Of a stretch of 64,000 nt of DNA, positions 1 to 9,681 are shown in pieces; position 1 is the stretch's first letter, and each line of letters starts with the position of its first letter. Source of the DNA: Bacteroidales bacterium (GTDB taxonomy: Bacteria > Bacteroidota > Bacteroidia > Bacteroidales > UBA7960). The notes under the pieces were generated by a model. It worked only from the letters and a program-made list of their open reading frames with translations, made no database searches and had not been told where the DNA came from. Made by a program: the position numbers and the translations under genes. The stretch spans positions 12,334 to 76,333 of the forward strand of contig SKRM01000003.1 in the NCBI GenBank assembly GCA_007118495.1, read 5' to 3'.

Positions 1-1
1 A

Positions 2-958
2 GGCGATCTGTCAGTGTGGGAGGGAATAGCCCAAGACGCCGTTGTCATGAACCTCGATGATATGCTGTGCGTAGGTGTTACCTCAAATATGCTTGTTTCA
101 TCAACCATTGGCCGAAATAAAAAACGTATTCCAGGTGAGGTGATCAAGGCCATTATCCACGGAACAGCCCGTTTCATTGACCGGATGAATGAGCTTGGCA
201 TAAACATGGTACTTACCGGAGGAGAAACTGCCGATGTGGGTGATTTGGTTTCGACGGTTATAGTTGATTCTACCGTGACGGCCCGCATCAGGCGCGAACA
301 GGTGATTGCTAACGATAAGATCAGTCCCGGCGATGTGATTGTGGCATTGTCATCCTCCGGACAAACTACCTATGAAGATGTATACAACAGCGGCATGGGT
401 AGCAATGGATTGACTTCAGCACGGCACGATGTTTTTGCCGGCGAGTATGCAAAGAAGTATCCAGAGAGTTATGACAACAGCCTCGAAAACCATGTGGTTT
501 ATACAGGTAAAAGCCTGCTGACTGACTCTCTTGAAGGTACGCCCCTTGATATGGGCAAACTGGTACTTAGCCCCACCCGTACATATGCCCCGGTTGTCAG
601 AAAAGTTTTTGAGGAGCTCAAACCCCTGATAAATGGTATGGTTCATTGCAGTGGTGGCGGACAAACGAAAGTACTTCACTTCATGGATAAAATCCATGTG
701 ATAAAAGACCAGTTATTTGAACCCCCACCTTTATTCAAACACATTCAGCAGATGTCAGGTACTTCATGGAGAGAAATGTACCAGGTTTTCAATATGGGTC
801 ACAGACTTGAGTTCTATGTGCCTGAAAAAGCCGCTGCATCTATTTTGGATATTTCAAAAGCCTTCAGGCTTGAAGCAAAAATAATAGGTCGCGTAGAGGC
901 CTCATCTGAAAAGAAACTGACCATATCTGTCCCAACGGGAACATATATATACTCTTGA
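2..958 (+). CDS. AIR synthase (PurM)-family protein, 5'-truncated by the window edge
   Basis: The frame is open from base 2, and the ORF track starts at an internal codon at 14. PurM-family pattern in the translation: DDMLCVG, TGGETADVGD, ALSSSGQTTY, GSNGLTSARHDVF, VHCSGGGQTK. Confidence 0.75.
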   Translation, partial: GDLSVWEGIAQDAVVMNLDDMLCVGVTSNMLVSSTIGRNKKRIPGEVIKAIIHGTARFIDRMNELGINMVLTGGETADVGDLVSTVIVDSTVTARIRREQVIANDKISPGDVIVALSSSGQTTYEDVYNSGMGSNGLTSARHDVFAGEYAKKYPESYDNSLENHVVYTGKSLLTDSLEGTPLDMGKLVLSPTRTYAPVVRKVFEELKPLINGMVHCSGGGQTKVLHFMDKIHVIKDQLFEPPPLFKHIQQMSGTSWREMYQVFNMGHRLEFYVPEKAAASILDISKAFRLEAKIIGRVEASSEKKLTISVPTGTYIYS

Positions 959-983
959 TTATAAAATTGGCTGGCATTTTTTG

Positions 984-991
984 TAATTTTG
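984..991 (+). promoter_or_regulatory. Candidate Bacteroidota -7 promoter box (TAATTTTG matches TAnnTTTG) upstream of prfA
   Basis: Exact TAnnTTTG lies 9 nt before ATG 1001. If it is functional, the leader is very short, or the real start is the in-frame ATG at 1013. No convincing -33 TTTG at canonical spacing. Confidence 0.3.
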
Positions 992-1000
992 CATGCTTAA

Positions 1001-2086
1001 ATGCGTGAAGCTATGTTATTGGAGAAACTAGAAGCAATAAATCAACGGTATCAGGAAGTGGGAGAGCTGATCACCAGGCCCGACATCATGTCTGACATGA
1101 AGCGCTATATTCAGCTAAGTAAAGAATATAAAGACCTTCAGCCCATCATTGATGCTTTTTTGGAATACAGAAATGTGCTAGATAACAAAAAATCAGCCAA
1201 AGATATTCTCAGTAATGAGAAAGATTCTGAATTCAGAGAAATGGCCAGGGCCGAACTGGATGAATTAGCTGAAAAGGAAGAGGAGTTGGAAGAAAAGATC
1301 CGGCTATTGCTCATCCCCTCTGATCCCCAGGATTCGAAAAATGCCATTGTAGAGATCCGTGCCGGAACCGGTGGCGATGAAGCAGCTATTTTTGCCGGTG
1401 ATATTTACCGTATGTACACCAAATACTGTGAAAGTAAACGCTGGAAGACAGAGTTGGTTGATATGAATGAAGGCACATCAGGCGGTTTCAAGGAGATTAT
1501 TTTTAATGTCATTGGTGATGGTGTCTATGGATTGATGAAATACGAATCAGGGGTTCACAGGGTGCAACGGGTTCCCCAGACAGAGACCCAGGGTCGTGTA
1601 CATACATCTGCGGCCACAGTGGCGGTGTTGCCAGAAGCTGATGAATTTGATATTGACCTCAAGCCATCTGATATCAAAAAGGAAACCTTCTGCTCATCAG
1701 GACCAGGTGGTCAGTCAGTAAACACAACCTATTCAGCGGTTCGCCTTACACATACTCCCACAGGTATTGTGGTGTCATGCCAGGATCAGAAGTCTCAGAT
1801 CAAAAACATGGAAAAAGCCATGAAGGTGCTTCGCACCAGGCTGTTTGACATGGAGTACAAAAAATATCTTGATGAAATTTCATCACAGCGAAAGACCATG
1901 GTTTCAACCGGTGACCGTTCAGCCAAGATCAGAACTTACAACTACCCCCAGGGACGGGTTACCGACCATAGAATCAGTCTCACACTTTACAACCTGCCAG
2001 TTATAATGGATGGAGACATACAGGATATCATTGATGCCCTGCAGGTTGCTGAAAATGCTGAAAAGCTCAAAGAAGGTGTTTCATAA
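1001..2086 (+). CDS. prfA: Peptide chain release factor 1
   Basis: 361 aa. GGQ loop [13 protein letters not shown]1-type PxT anticodon motif in [19 protein letters not shown]-terminal helical domain typical of RF1. Confidence 0.95.
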   Translation: MREAMLLEKLEAINQRYQEVGELITRPDIMSDMKRYIQLSKEYKDLQPIIDAFLEYRNVLDNKKSAKDILSNEKDSEFREMARAELDELAEKEEELEEKIRLLLIPSDPQDSKNAIVEIRAGTGGDEAAIFAGDIYRMYTKYCESKRWKTELVDMNEGTSGGFKEIIFNVIGDGVYGLMKYESGVHRVQRVPQTETQGRVHTSAATVAVLPEADEFDIDLKPSDIKKETFCSSGPGGQSVNTTYSAVRLTHTPTGIVVSCQDQKSQIKNMEKAMKVLRTRLFDMEYKKYLDEISSQRKTMVSTGDRSAKIRTYNYPQGRVTDHRISLTLYNLPVIMDGDIQDIIDALQVAENAEKLKEGVS

Positions 2087-2098
2087 ACCACGAAGTAT

Positions 2099-2974
2099 AT
2101 GAACAAGAAAGAGTTAACAGCACTCATCCTGAAAAAAAAATCATTTCTTTGTATTGGCCTTGATACCGATATTGACAAGATCCCTGCATTTCTTAAAGAG
2201 ACTTACGATGATCCGGTTTTTGAATTTAACCGCATGATCATTGATGCTACCATCGACTTTGCAGTTGCCTATAAGCCAAATCTGGCATTCTATGAATGCA
2301 ACGGAAAAAAGGGATGGGAAAGCCTTGAGAAAACAATTAACTATCTGTCGGGTCATCAGGGTGGGCCAGTATTTACCATTGCAGATGCCAAAAGGGCTGA
2401 TATTGGTAATTCATCCATTTATTATGCCAGGACATTTCTTGAAAACCTCAATTTTGATGCTGTTACTGTAAATCCATATATGGGTAAAGACTCAGTGGAG
2501 CCTTTCTTGCAGTTTCCGGGCAAATGGGCCGTCATACTGGCTCTCACATCAAATAGCGGAGCCCATGATTTTCAGGTTCTGCAACCCCAACTTCCTTTGC
2601 TTCTTGAAAAATTCGGCATCAAAACCTGCTATTGGAAAAAATTCTACGAAGTAGTCATGGAAGAAAGCATGAAGTGGGGCAGCACTGACAACATCATGTA
2701 TGTGGTGGGTGCAACACAGGCAGACATGCTTGGGTCGGTCAGGGAACTGGTTCCTGAACACTTTTTCCTGATACCAGGTGTTGGTGTGCAGGGTGGCAGC
2801 CTTGAGGCCATTGCCGCAAAGGCGATGAATAAAGATGTGGGCATTCTGGTGAACAGTTCAAGGGGAATAATTTTCGCATCAGAGGGAGAGGATTTTGAAG
2901 ATAAAGCCAGGTTGGCTGCTCTTGCACTCAAAAAGAAAATGGAACGCATCCTCCAGGGGCGTAGCATGATATAA
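2099..2974 (+). CDS. pyrF: Orotidine 5'-phosphate decarboxylase (long, type 2)
   Basis: 291 aa. Motifs FLCIGLDTD, NLAFYE, IADAKRADIGNS, LTSN and PGVGVQGG, as in long-form PyrF. Confidence 0.88.
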   Translation: MNKKELTALILKKKSFLCIGLDTDIDKIPAFLKETYDDPVFEFNRMIIDATIDFAVAYKPNLAFYECNGKKGWESLEKTINYLSGHQGGPVFTIADAKRADIGNSSIYYARTFLENLNFDAVTVNPYMGKDSVEPFLQFPGKWAVILALTSNSGAHDFQVLQPQLPLLLEKFGIKTCYWKKFYEVVMEESMKWGSTDNIMYVVGATQADMLGSVRELVPEHFFLIPGVGVQGGSLEAIAAKAMNKDVGILVNSSRGIIFASEGEDFEDKARLAALALKKKMERILQGRSMI

Positions 2975-3007
2975 CACAAAACATAATAAATTAAAACCCA
3001 GTATATT

Positions 3008-4270
3008 TTGGACTTTCAATCTTTCGGCCTCGATCAAAGAGTTATGGATGGCATAGAGGCCATGCAGTATGACACACCAACCCCGGTGCAAGAACAGGTA
3101 ATCCCCGAGATCATTAAAGGGCATGATATCATAGCCTGTGCACAAACCGGAACCGGTAAAACAGCCGCTTTTCTAATCCCGATCATTAACAAACTGCTTC
3201 AATCTCAAGTGCAGGAAAAGGTAAAAGTGCTGGTTATTGTCCCCACAAGAGAATTGGCGGTACAGATCTCTCAACAGATGGAAGGATTCAGCTATTTTGC
3301 CGGAACCAGCTCAATTCCAATTTATGGAGGTGGTACAGGAGCGGTATATTCCAATGAAAAAAAGGCCCTTACCAGTGGTGTGGATATGGTTGTTTGTACC
3401 CCGGGCAGGATGATAAGTCATCTGAACCTGGGCTATGTCGATTTGAGCAGTTTGGAGTTTCTGGTTTTGGATGAAGCTGACCGTATGCTTGATATGGGCT
3501 TTTTTGATGACATCATGAAGATCATATCCTACATTCCGAATAAAAGACAGAGTCTGCTCTTTTCGGCCACCATGCCGCCCAAAATCAGAGAGATGGGAAG
3601 AAAGATCCTTAACAAACCCAAAGAGATCAATATCGGAATTTCCATGCCCCCCGAACAAATCAGGCAAGAAGCATATGTCTTGTTTGAAGAGCAAAAGCCT
3701 GCCTTGGTAAATTATTTGACAGGTGATGATAAAATGAAGAGTATCCTGATCTTTAGCGATACCAAGGTTGGCGTTAAGCAATTGAGCCGCTCGCTGAAGT
3801 CAAAAGGCCTCGATGTTGAAGAAATTCATTCAGACCTGCAGCAATCAGAACGCGAAGCGGTTATGAATCGGTTTAAAAGCAAGCAGTTGCGCATTCTTGT
3901 TGCCACAGATATTATTTCAAGGGGTATCGATGTTGAAGACATCGACCTTGTCATTAATTATGATGTGCCAAATGATGCAGAAGATTATGTGCACAGAATA
4001 GGCAGAACAGCCAGGGCCGGTGCACATGGCAAAGCGTGTACCCTGATTGGCACGAAAGAACAACGAAAGTTCGCCTCCATTGAAAAATTGCTTGGAAAAC
4101 AAGTGGAGAAAACCCGGCCCCCTGAAGGGATCGGCAAAACCCCCGATTATTCACCTGAAAGTTATAAACCCGATAACCGTGGGCATGGTTTTGGAAAGCC
4201 AGGTTTTAGAAAAGATAAAAACAGACGAAAACCATTCAGCGGTCGAAAGGCAAAAGATTCAGCAAGATGA
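3008..4270 (+). CDS. DEAD-box ATP-dependent RNA helicase (RhlE-like)
   Basis: Q motif TPTPVQEQ, motif I AQTGTGKT, Ia PTRELA, II VLDEADRML, III SAT, VI HRIGRTARAG. Arg/Lys/Gly-rich C-terminal tail. TTG start as given by the ORF track. Confidence 0.93.
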   Translation: MDFQSFGLDQRVMDGIEAMQYDTPTPVQEQVIPEIIKGHDIIACAQTGTGKTAAFLIPIINKLLQSQVQEKVKVLVIVPTRELAVQISQQMEGFSYFAGTSSIPIYGGGTGAVYSNEKKALTSGVDMVVCTPGRMISHLNLGYVDLSSLEFLVLDEADRMLDMGFFDDIMKIISYIPNKRQSLLFSATMPPKIREMGRKILNKPKEINIGISMPPEQIRQEAYVLFEEQKPALVNYLTGDDKMKSILIFSDTKVGVKQLSRSLKSKGLDVEEIHSDLQQSEREAVMNRFKSKQLRILVATDIISRGIDVEDIDLVINYDVPNDAEDYVHRIGRTARAGAHGKACTLIGTKEQRKFASIEKLLGKQVEKTRPPEGIGKTPDYSPESYKPDNRGHGFGKPGFRKDKNRRKPFSGRKAKDSAR

Positions 4271-5031
4271 GAACAGAGGTATTTGCACAATCTTTTCTCG
4301 GGCAGCGTGATGAGATACTGAAAATCATAGACAACCTTGATCAGCTTGGTGAAAAGGTGGGCGTGGGGAAACGCAATGTAGTAAAAAGAATACCCACCGG
4401 CCAGATGATCATCAATGTAAAAGCATTCAAGATTCCGGTGCTTGTTAATTCACTGGTATACGGACATTTTCGCAAATCAAAAGCCCGCAGATCATTTGAA
4501 CATGCTGTCTTGTTGCTTGAAAAAAACATCGGAACGCCCGAGCCCATTGCTTTTGTGGAGGAAAAAAATGGGTTTGGGCTAAGAAAGAGTTTTTATGTTT
4601 GCAGGCATATTGACGAAGACCTTTCGTTCAGGACAATGATAGAACAACCTGAATATCCCGACAGAGAAGAAATACTCAGACAGTTTACCCGATTTACCCA
4701 CCATATGCATGAACATGATGTGTTGTTCATGGATCACTCACCCGGAAATACACTGATTGTTAAAAGAGGTAATGGAAAGTATGATTTTTTTCTGGTTGAC
4801 CTGAACCGGATGCGCCTTGGTGTTAAAATGGGGTTTGAGATGCGCATGAAAAACTTTGCGCGCTTATCGGCAACAGAAGATATGGTGAAGATCATTAGCA
4901 GTGAATATGCCCATATAACCGGACTGAGTAAAAACGAAGTCGGTGAAAGGATGTACTACCATACAGCGGCTAATCACCGGCGCAGGGCCAGGCAAAAGCT
5001 AAAAAACCGCTTTCTGGGCAAATACAGGTAG
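4267..5031 (+). CDS. Lipopolysaccharide (Kdo/WaaP)-kinase-family protein
   Basis: 254 aa small kinase-like protein. Catalytic-loop-like FMDHSPGNTLI and FFLVDLNRM. The start overlaps the helicase stop in ATGA (4267..4270). Confidence 0.55.
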   Translation: MRTEVFAQSFLGQRDEILKIIDNLDQLGEKVGVGKRNVVKRIPTGQMIINVKAFKIPVLVNSLVYGHFRKSKARRSFEHAVLLLEKNIGTPEPIAFVEEKNGFGLRKSFYVCRHIDEDLSFRTMIEQPEYPDREEILRQFTRFTHHMHEHDVLFMDHSPGNTLIVKRGNGKYDFFLVDLNRMRLGVKMGFEMRMKNFARLSATEDMVKIISSEYAHITGLSKNEVGERMYYHTAANHRRRARQKLKNRFLGKYR

Positions 5032-5038
5032 AAAGATA

Positions 5039-5434
5039 TTATTTGTCATCGTCTTGCTCAGACTCTGAATCACCCAGATCCTCAAAGGTAATATCTTCTT
5101 TTTTGCTTTTTGTTTCAGGCTCATCTTTCATGTACTCATCCCTTTCTAATGATTCAGACGGAATGATTTCGCCCTGTAGTTCATCGACGGCTCTGTACGA
5201 CTCCTCAAGTGCTTCACGGAATTTTTCGAAATCCTCCCTGTAAAGAAACAGTTTGTGTTTTTCGTAGAAAAACTTACCGGTCTGCTGATTAAACCGTCTT
5301 TTGCTTTCAGTAATAGTTAGATACAATTCATTGGAACGTGTCGACTTCACATCAAAAAAGTAGGTTCGTTTCCCTGCTCTTACAGATTTTGAATAAATAT
5401 CGTCCCTGGGAACATTGCTTCCTGACTCATCCAT
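5039..5434 (-). CDS. PUR-alpha-like DNA/RNA-binding protein (DUF3276 family)
   Basis: 131 aa. KSVRAGKRTYFFDVKSTRSNELYLTITESKRRF and KHKLFLYREDFEKF match my recollection of the Bacteroidota DUF3276 family. Acidic C-terminal tail. Confidence 0.8.
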   Translation of the reverse strand: MDESGSNVPRDDIYSKSVRAGKRTYFFDVKSTRSNELYLTITESKRRFNQQTGKFFYEKHKLFLYREDFEKFREALEESYRAVDELQGEIIPSESLERDEYMKDEPETKSKKEDITFEDLGDSESEQDDDK

Positions 5435-5512
5435 GATTATTCTCCTCTTTTCTTTTCAAAAAATTGCTGTTACAAAAATTAAAGAGCGCAGGCTTTAAAA
5501 ATTAGCCCAAGC

Positions 5513-5520
5513 CAAATTTA
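5513..5520 (-). promoter_or_regulatory. Candidate -7 box (TAAATTTG on the minus strand) for the PUR-like gene
   Basis: The plus strand reads CAAATTTA, which is the reverse complement of TAnnTTTG. It lies 79 nt upstream of the minus-strand start at 5434. Confidence 0.3.
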
Positions 5521-5533
5521 GTAAAAATTCTCT

Positions 5534-5541
5534 TACTTTTG
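5534..5541 (+). promoter_or_regulatory. Candidate -7 box (TACTTTTG) for the nusB unit
   Basis: Exact TAnnTTTG 72 nt upstream of nusB ATG 5614. It sits back-to-back with the minus-strand box at 5513..5520. Confidence 0.35.
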
Positions 5542-5613
5542 CAGTGGTTTTCGCAAACGCACAAACTGTTATAAACAAATGAATCCGATACCGGAAAACT
5601 GAACCCAAACATT

Positions 5614-6567
5614 ATGCTTAACAGAAGGCATCTTCGTGTCAAGGTACTGCAAAGTCTTTATGCTTATTACCAGACCCACAACAACGACCTTGATGCAGGG
5701 GAAAAAGAATTGCTGCATGGCATTGACCGTATATATGATATGTACATTTTCCAGCTATTGCTTTTGGCTGAACTCTTGCATCATGAAGAACACATGCTTG
5801 AAGGCAACAGGCTGAAGCACCTGCCAAGTTTTGAAGACCTAAACCCAAGCAAACGCTTTCTTGACAACAAATGCCTGCTTTTGATAGCCAATGATCAGGA
5901 ACTACAGAAAAAGGCCAAAAGAAGGGGTGTTAGCTGGCAAGCCCAGGCAGAGCTTGTCAGAAAACTTATGTCGCACGTCAGAAAGCAGAAATATTATGCT
6001 GAATATTTGCAGTCAACACAAACAAGCATGGATGAAGATGTGCGTTTTGTACTGAAACTCCTAAAAAAAGACATCCTGCCATTTGAATTGCTTCATTCAT
6101 TTTATGAAGAAAAAAGCATTTACTGGCTTGATGACTGGGAACTGGTGAACAAGATGCTCATAAAAACCCTTAAGTTGTCAACTGAAAGCGAAGGAGGGTT
6201 GGCACTCATGGAACTTTTCAAAGAAAGATCAGATAAGGTTTTTGCCAGAGAACTGTTTAAGATAACCATTATGAATCATGATGAGTTCAATACCATCATA
6301 TCCGGAAAAACCAAAAACTGGGATGTTGAACGTATTGCGCTCATGGATATGATCATCATGGAAATGGCGCTGACAGAAATCCTGAAATTTGAAAACATCC
6401 CTGTCAAGGTAAGCCTCAATGAGTATATTGAGTTGTCAAAGATGTACAGTACACCTAAAAGCAATATATTTGTAAATGGTGTCCTTGACAAGCTGGTTGA
6501 AGAATTTGCCAAAGACAACAAAATTAAGGGATATTATCCTGCACTGCAAAACAAACCTTTACAATGA
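5614..6567 (+). CDS. nusB: Transcription antitermination factor NusB (long Bacteroidota form)
   Basis: 317 aa. N-terminus RRHLRVKVLQSLYAY. C-terminal NusB core: WDVERIALMDMIIMEMALTEI, PVKVSLNEYIELSKMYSTPKSNIFVNGVLDK. Confidence 0.88.
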   Translation: MLNRRHLRVKVLQSLYAYYQTHNNDLDAGEKELLHGIDRIYDMYIFQLLLLAELLHHEEHMLEGNRLKHLPSFEDLNPSKRFLDNKCLLLIANDQELQKKAKRRGVSWQAQAELVRKLMSHVRKQKYYAEYLQSTQTSMDEDVRFVLKLLKKDILPFELLHSFYEEKSIYWLDDWELVNKMLIKTLKLSTESEGGLALMELFKERSDKVFARELFKITIMNHDEFNTIISGKTKNWDVERIALMDMIIMEMALTEILKFENIPVKVSLNEYIELSKMYSTPKSNIFVNGVLDKLVEEFAKDNKIKGYYPALQNKPLQ

Positions 6568-6612
6568 TTTCGTAATTTTACACATATTCATTTACCCATT
6601 AAATCCTGACTG

Positions 6613-6939
6613 ATGAATTTATTAAATGTTTTATTGATGGCCCCCCCGGCTGAAGGTGGTAGCGGAATCGGAGCTTTTTTGCCGCTTATTTTGATTGTCG
6701 TTGTATTTTACATGTTCTTTATCCGTCCCCAGATGAAAAAACAGAAAGAACTGCGTAAGTACAGGGAAAATCTGAAAAAAGGAGACAAGATTATTACCAT
6801 TGGCGGTATTCACGGAAGAATAGTCGAAGAACAGGAACGAACCTTTACCATTGAAGTGGAAGGCGGTAACAGGTTGCGTATAGAAAAATCTGCCGTTGCC
6901 ATGGACGGGGCTTCAGAGCAGCTTGGTGACAAGCGATAG
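6613..6939 (+). CDS. yajC: Preprotein translocase subunit YajC
   Basis: 108 aa, single TM helix, FFIRPQMKKQKE, KKGDKIITIGGIHGRI. Confidence 0.9.
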   Translation: MNLLNVLLMAPPAEGGSGIGAFLPLILIVVVFYMFFIRPQMKKQKELRKYRENLKKGDKIITIGGIHGRIVEEQERTFTIEVEGGNRLRIEKSAVAMDGASEQLGDKR

Positions 6940-7947
6940 ATGAACTGGAAGTACTTGTGGAGTAAGAAGGATGTCCTGACCCCGGGTGAGTTGGCAAATA
7001 AACGCAGGGCTTACATCTTTCTTCTCTGCTTTTTATGCAGTGCCCTTTTCTGGCTGGTAACAAAGCTGTCAAGAGAAAACCAATCTGCATTTCAAACTGA
7101 GATCGTATTCGAAGCCTTCCCTGAGGGTCTGCTGCCAGCCTATCAAAGTGACAGCGTTCTGCGGTACACAATCAGAAGCACTGGTATCAGACTGGTGCAA
7201 TTAAATTTTATGTCGGGTAGAGAAAGACTTACCCTTGATGCCGCTATGCTACCCCTGATTGAAAGACCATCAGGTGTCTTTCGTTACATGACGGCCAGAC
7301 AGATTCTGGCTGAATTGCAGAACTTACATGAGCCCTGGGGTGAGGTTACTGAAGTATGGCCCGACACTGTTTTTTTACAGCTTGTTGCATCGGGCGAAAA
7401 GAAACTGCCGGTAAAGCTTGAAGCAGATATCTCTTTTCATCAAGGGTTCAATTTGTATGGAGACATTCGCCTTAATCCTGACAGTGTAGTTGTTTCGGGC
7501 CCTGTATCGGTTTTAGATACCATAGATTTTATCGAAACCCAATATTGGGATGCAACCAGACTCAGACAGACAGTAAACCAGACACTCAAGCTGGAGCTTC
7601 CACGACATATTCCTTTCATGAAAGCCATCCCCCATGAAATTGAAGCGAGAATCCCGGTTGAGGAGTACACAGAGTCTTCAGTTGAAATTTCGCTGAACGT
7701 AATTTGTCCTGAGGGCTATCCCCAGCCAGATGTAAGGTTATTCCCCGGCAGGGTAAACGTGACATTTTTGGTGGCATTAAGAGATTACTCTATGGTGACA
7801 GCCGAACTTTTTAGTGCTGCTGTCGAGTGTCCATCGCTTACCACAACCAGCGATGGACGGTTAGCGGTTTCCTTAACCAGTTATCCTTCATTTGTGGATA
7901 TTTTGTCGGTAAAACCTGAGGCTGTTGAATACATTGTTTTGGAGTAA
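6940..7947 (+). CDS. YbbR-like (CdaR-family) domain protein, membrane anchored
   Basis: 335 aa. N-terminal TM helix (YIFLLCFLCSALFWLV) followed by repeated beta-rich segments. It occupies the conserved position between yajC and coaE. The start abuts the yajC stop. Confidence 0.55.
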   Translation: MNWKYLWSKKDVLTPGELANKRRAYIFLLCFLCSALFWLVTKLSRENQSAFQTEIVFEAFPEGLLPAYQSDSVLRYTIRSTGIRLVQLNFMSGRERLTLDAAMLPLIERPSGVFRYMTARQILAELQNLHEPWGEVTEVWPDTVFLQLVASGEKKLPVKLEADISFHQGFNLYGDIRLNPDSVVVSGPVSVLDTIDFIETQYWDATRLRQTVNQTLKLELPRHIPFMKAIPHEIEARIPVEEYTESSVEISLNVICPEGYPQPDVRLFPGRVNVTFLVALRDYSMVTAELFSAAVECPSLTTTSDGRLAVSLTSYPSFVDILSVKPEAVEYIVLE

Positions 7948-7958
7948 AAGCATTATGT

Positions 7959-8552
7959 ATGATAAAAGTGGGACTAACCGGAAATATAGGTAGCGGAAAA
8001 ACAACCGTTGCAAAGTTGTTTTCCATGCAAGGGATACCCATTTACTACGCAGATGAACGGGGAAGATATTTACTTGATCAACCCAAAACCAGAGATCAGG
8101 TTAAAGGTTTTTTCGGATCAGATATCCTCATGGCAAATGGGATGGTTGACAGAAAAAAGCTGGCTTCGGTAGTTTTCGCCGACCCGGTGAAACTTCAATG
8201 GCTCAACAATCTCATACATCCGCTGGTTCGTAAAGATTTTCAACAATGGTGTTCTATCCAAACAGCTTCTCCTTATGTGATCAAAGAGGCGGCTATTTTA
8301 GTGGAGACCGGCCAGCATAAGACACTTAACTATCTGATTGTGGTAAAAGCTCCCCTTGACGTTCGTTTAAAGCGTGTTTGTGCGCGCGATGGAGCGAGCC
8401 CGGCTGAAGTAATGAAAAGGATGTCGAATCAGATGGATGAAAAAGACAAAGCCATAGAGGCTGATTTTATCATTGAAAATGACGGACAACATGCTATCTT
8501 ACCCCAGGTTCTCGACATCCATCATGATTTGTTAAAAAAAGCATGCCTGTAA
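7959..8552 (+). CDS. coaE: Dephospho-CoA kinase
   Basis: 197 aa. P-loop GLTGNIGSGKTT. Typical length and layout. Confidence 0.9.
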   Translation: MIKVGLTGNIGSGKTTVAKLFSMQGIPIYYADERGRYLLDQPKTRDQVKGFFGSDILMANGMVDRKKLASVVFADPVKLQWLNNLIHPLVRKDFQQWCSIQTASPYVIKEAAILVETGQHKTLNYLIVVKAPLDVRLKRVCARDGASPAEVMKRMSNQMDEKDKAIEADFIIENDGQHAILPQVLDIHHDLLKKACL

Positions 8553-8597
8553 TATATACCACTGTTTTTGCGTTTTTTTTAGGTTAACCCTATTCAT

Positions 8598-9662
8598 ATG
8601 AGATTGCTGCGTCGTCTGGTTTTTCTGGTCTTTCTTGCCCCGGGTGTTTTTGCAGGCCATGTTAACGCCCAGGCTCAATCCGGGAGGGTATATGAATTTC
8701 TGAACCTGCCCCATACAGCCAGAACTACTTCAATGGGCGGGTATGCCAAGCCATCTTTTGATGCTGATCTTGGCATGGCCCTGAGTATTCCTTCAATGCT
8801 GCCACATCAGCCCGAACAGCAACTCTCGCTGAGTTTTGTTGATTATTTTGACGATATTCACTACGGAACCGTTGCATTCTCAAAATATTTTGAAAACCTG
8901 GGACATTTCAGTGGTGCCTTACATTATATAAGCTACGGTCATTTTACCGAAGCGGATGAAACAGGTATGATCATCGGAAGTTTTACAGCAGGGGAGTACA
9001 GTATGCAAATTGGATGGGGAAGAGCACTAAATGATTATCTTTCAATTGGGAGCAACCTGAAATTCATTTATTCAAATTTTGACTATTACAATTCAACGGG
9101 ATTGGCTGCAGATATTGCGGTTTCATATATTAATCCCGAACATTTGCTGACTGCCTCACTGGTAGCTAGAAATATTGGCCGTCAGATATCATATTACCAT
9201 GAAGGCGGCCCTGAATCTCTGCCATTTGAATTGGTAGCCGGCGTTTCAAAACAACTCTCAAATGCACCTTTCAGATTCAGTCTTACAGCACATAATTTGC
9301 AGCGTTTTGACCTGACTTATGATCCACCCCTTTTTACAGGAGAGCAGAACCGAAATACTTCTGGATCACAATTAAATGGCCGCGATACATCACTGCCTGA
9401 TCAATTGATGCGCCATGTGGTTTTTGGTGCCGAATTTCTTCCTTTTGACAGTTTTAGCCTGAGGATGGGTTATAATTACCGGCGCAGACAAGAAATGAAA
9501 GTTGACACCCGCATGTCAACAGTTGGATTCTCATGGGGATTTGCCGTGAAGATTTCAAGGTTTGAATTCCATTACGGTCGCGCTGATTATCATCTGGCTG
9601 GCTCTCCTAATCACATAACAATCAGTACCGATCTCAGAGATTTATTCAGTGCGTTGGAATAA
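8598..9662 (+). CDS. porQ: Type IX secretion system protein PorQ (outer-membrane beta-barrel)
   Basis: 354 aa with a signal peptide. YEFLNLPHTARTTSMGG, ARNIGRQISYY, LPFELVAGVSKQL, RHVVFGAEF, SLRMGYNYRRRQE and GFSWGF match the PorQ family pattern as I remember it. Confidence 0.75.
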   Translation: MRLLRRLVFLVFLAPGVFAGHVNAQAQSGRVYEFLNLPHTARTTSMGGYAKPSFDADLGMALSIPSMLPHQPEQQLSLSFVDYFDDIHYGTVAFSKYFENLGHFSGALHYISYGHFTEADETGMIIGSFTAGEYSMQIGWGRALNDYLSIGSNLKFIYSNFDYYNSTGLAADIAVSYINPEHLLTASLVARNIGRQISYYHEGGPESLPFELVAGVSKQLSNAPFRFSLTAHNLQRFDLTYDPPLFTGEQNRNTSGSQLNGRDTSLPDQLMRHVVFGAEFLPFDSFSLRMGYNYRRRQEMKVDTRMSTVGFSWGFAVKISRFEFHYGRADYHLAGSPNHITISTDLRDLFSALE

Positions 9663-9681
9663 TTGGCTATTTTTGACCATT

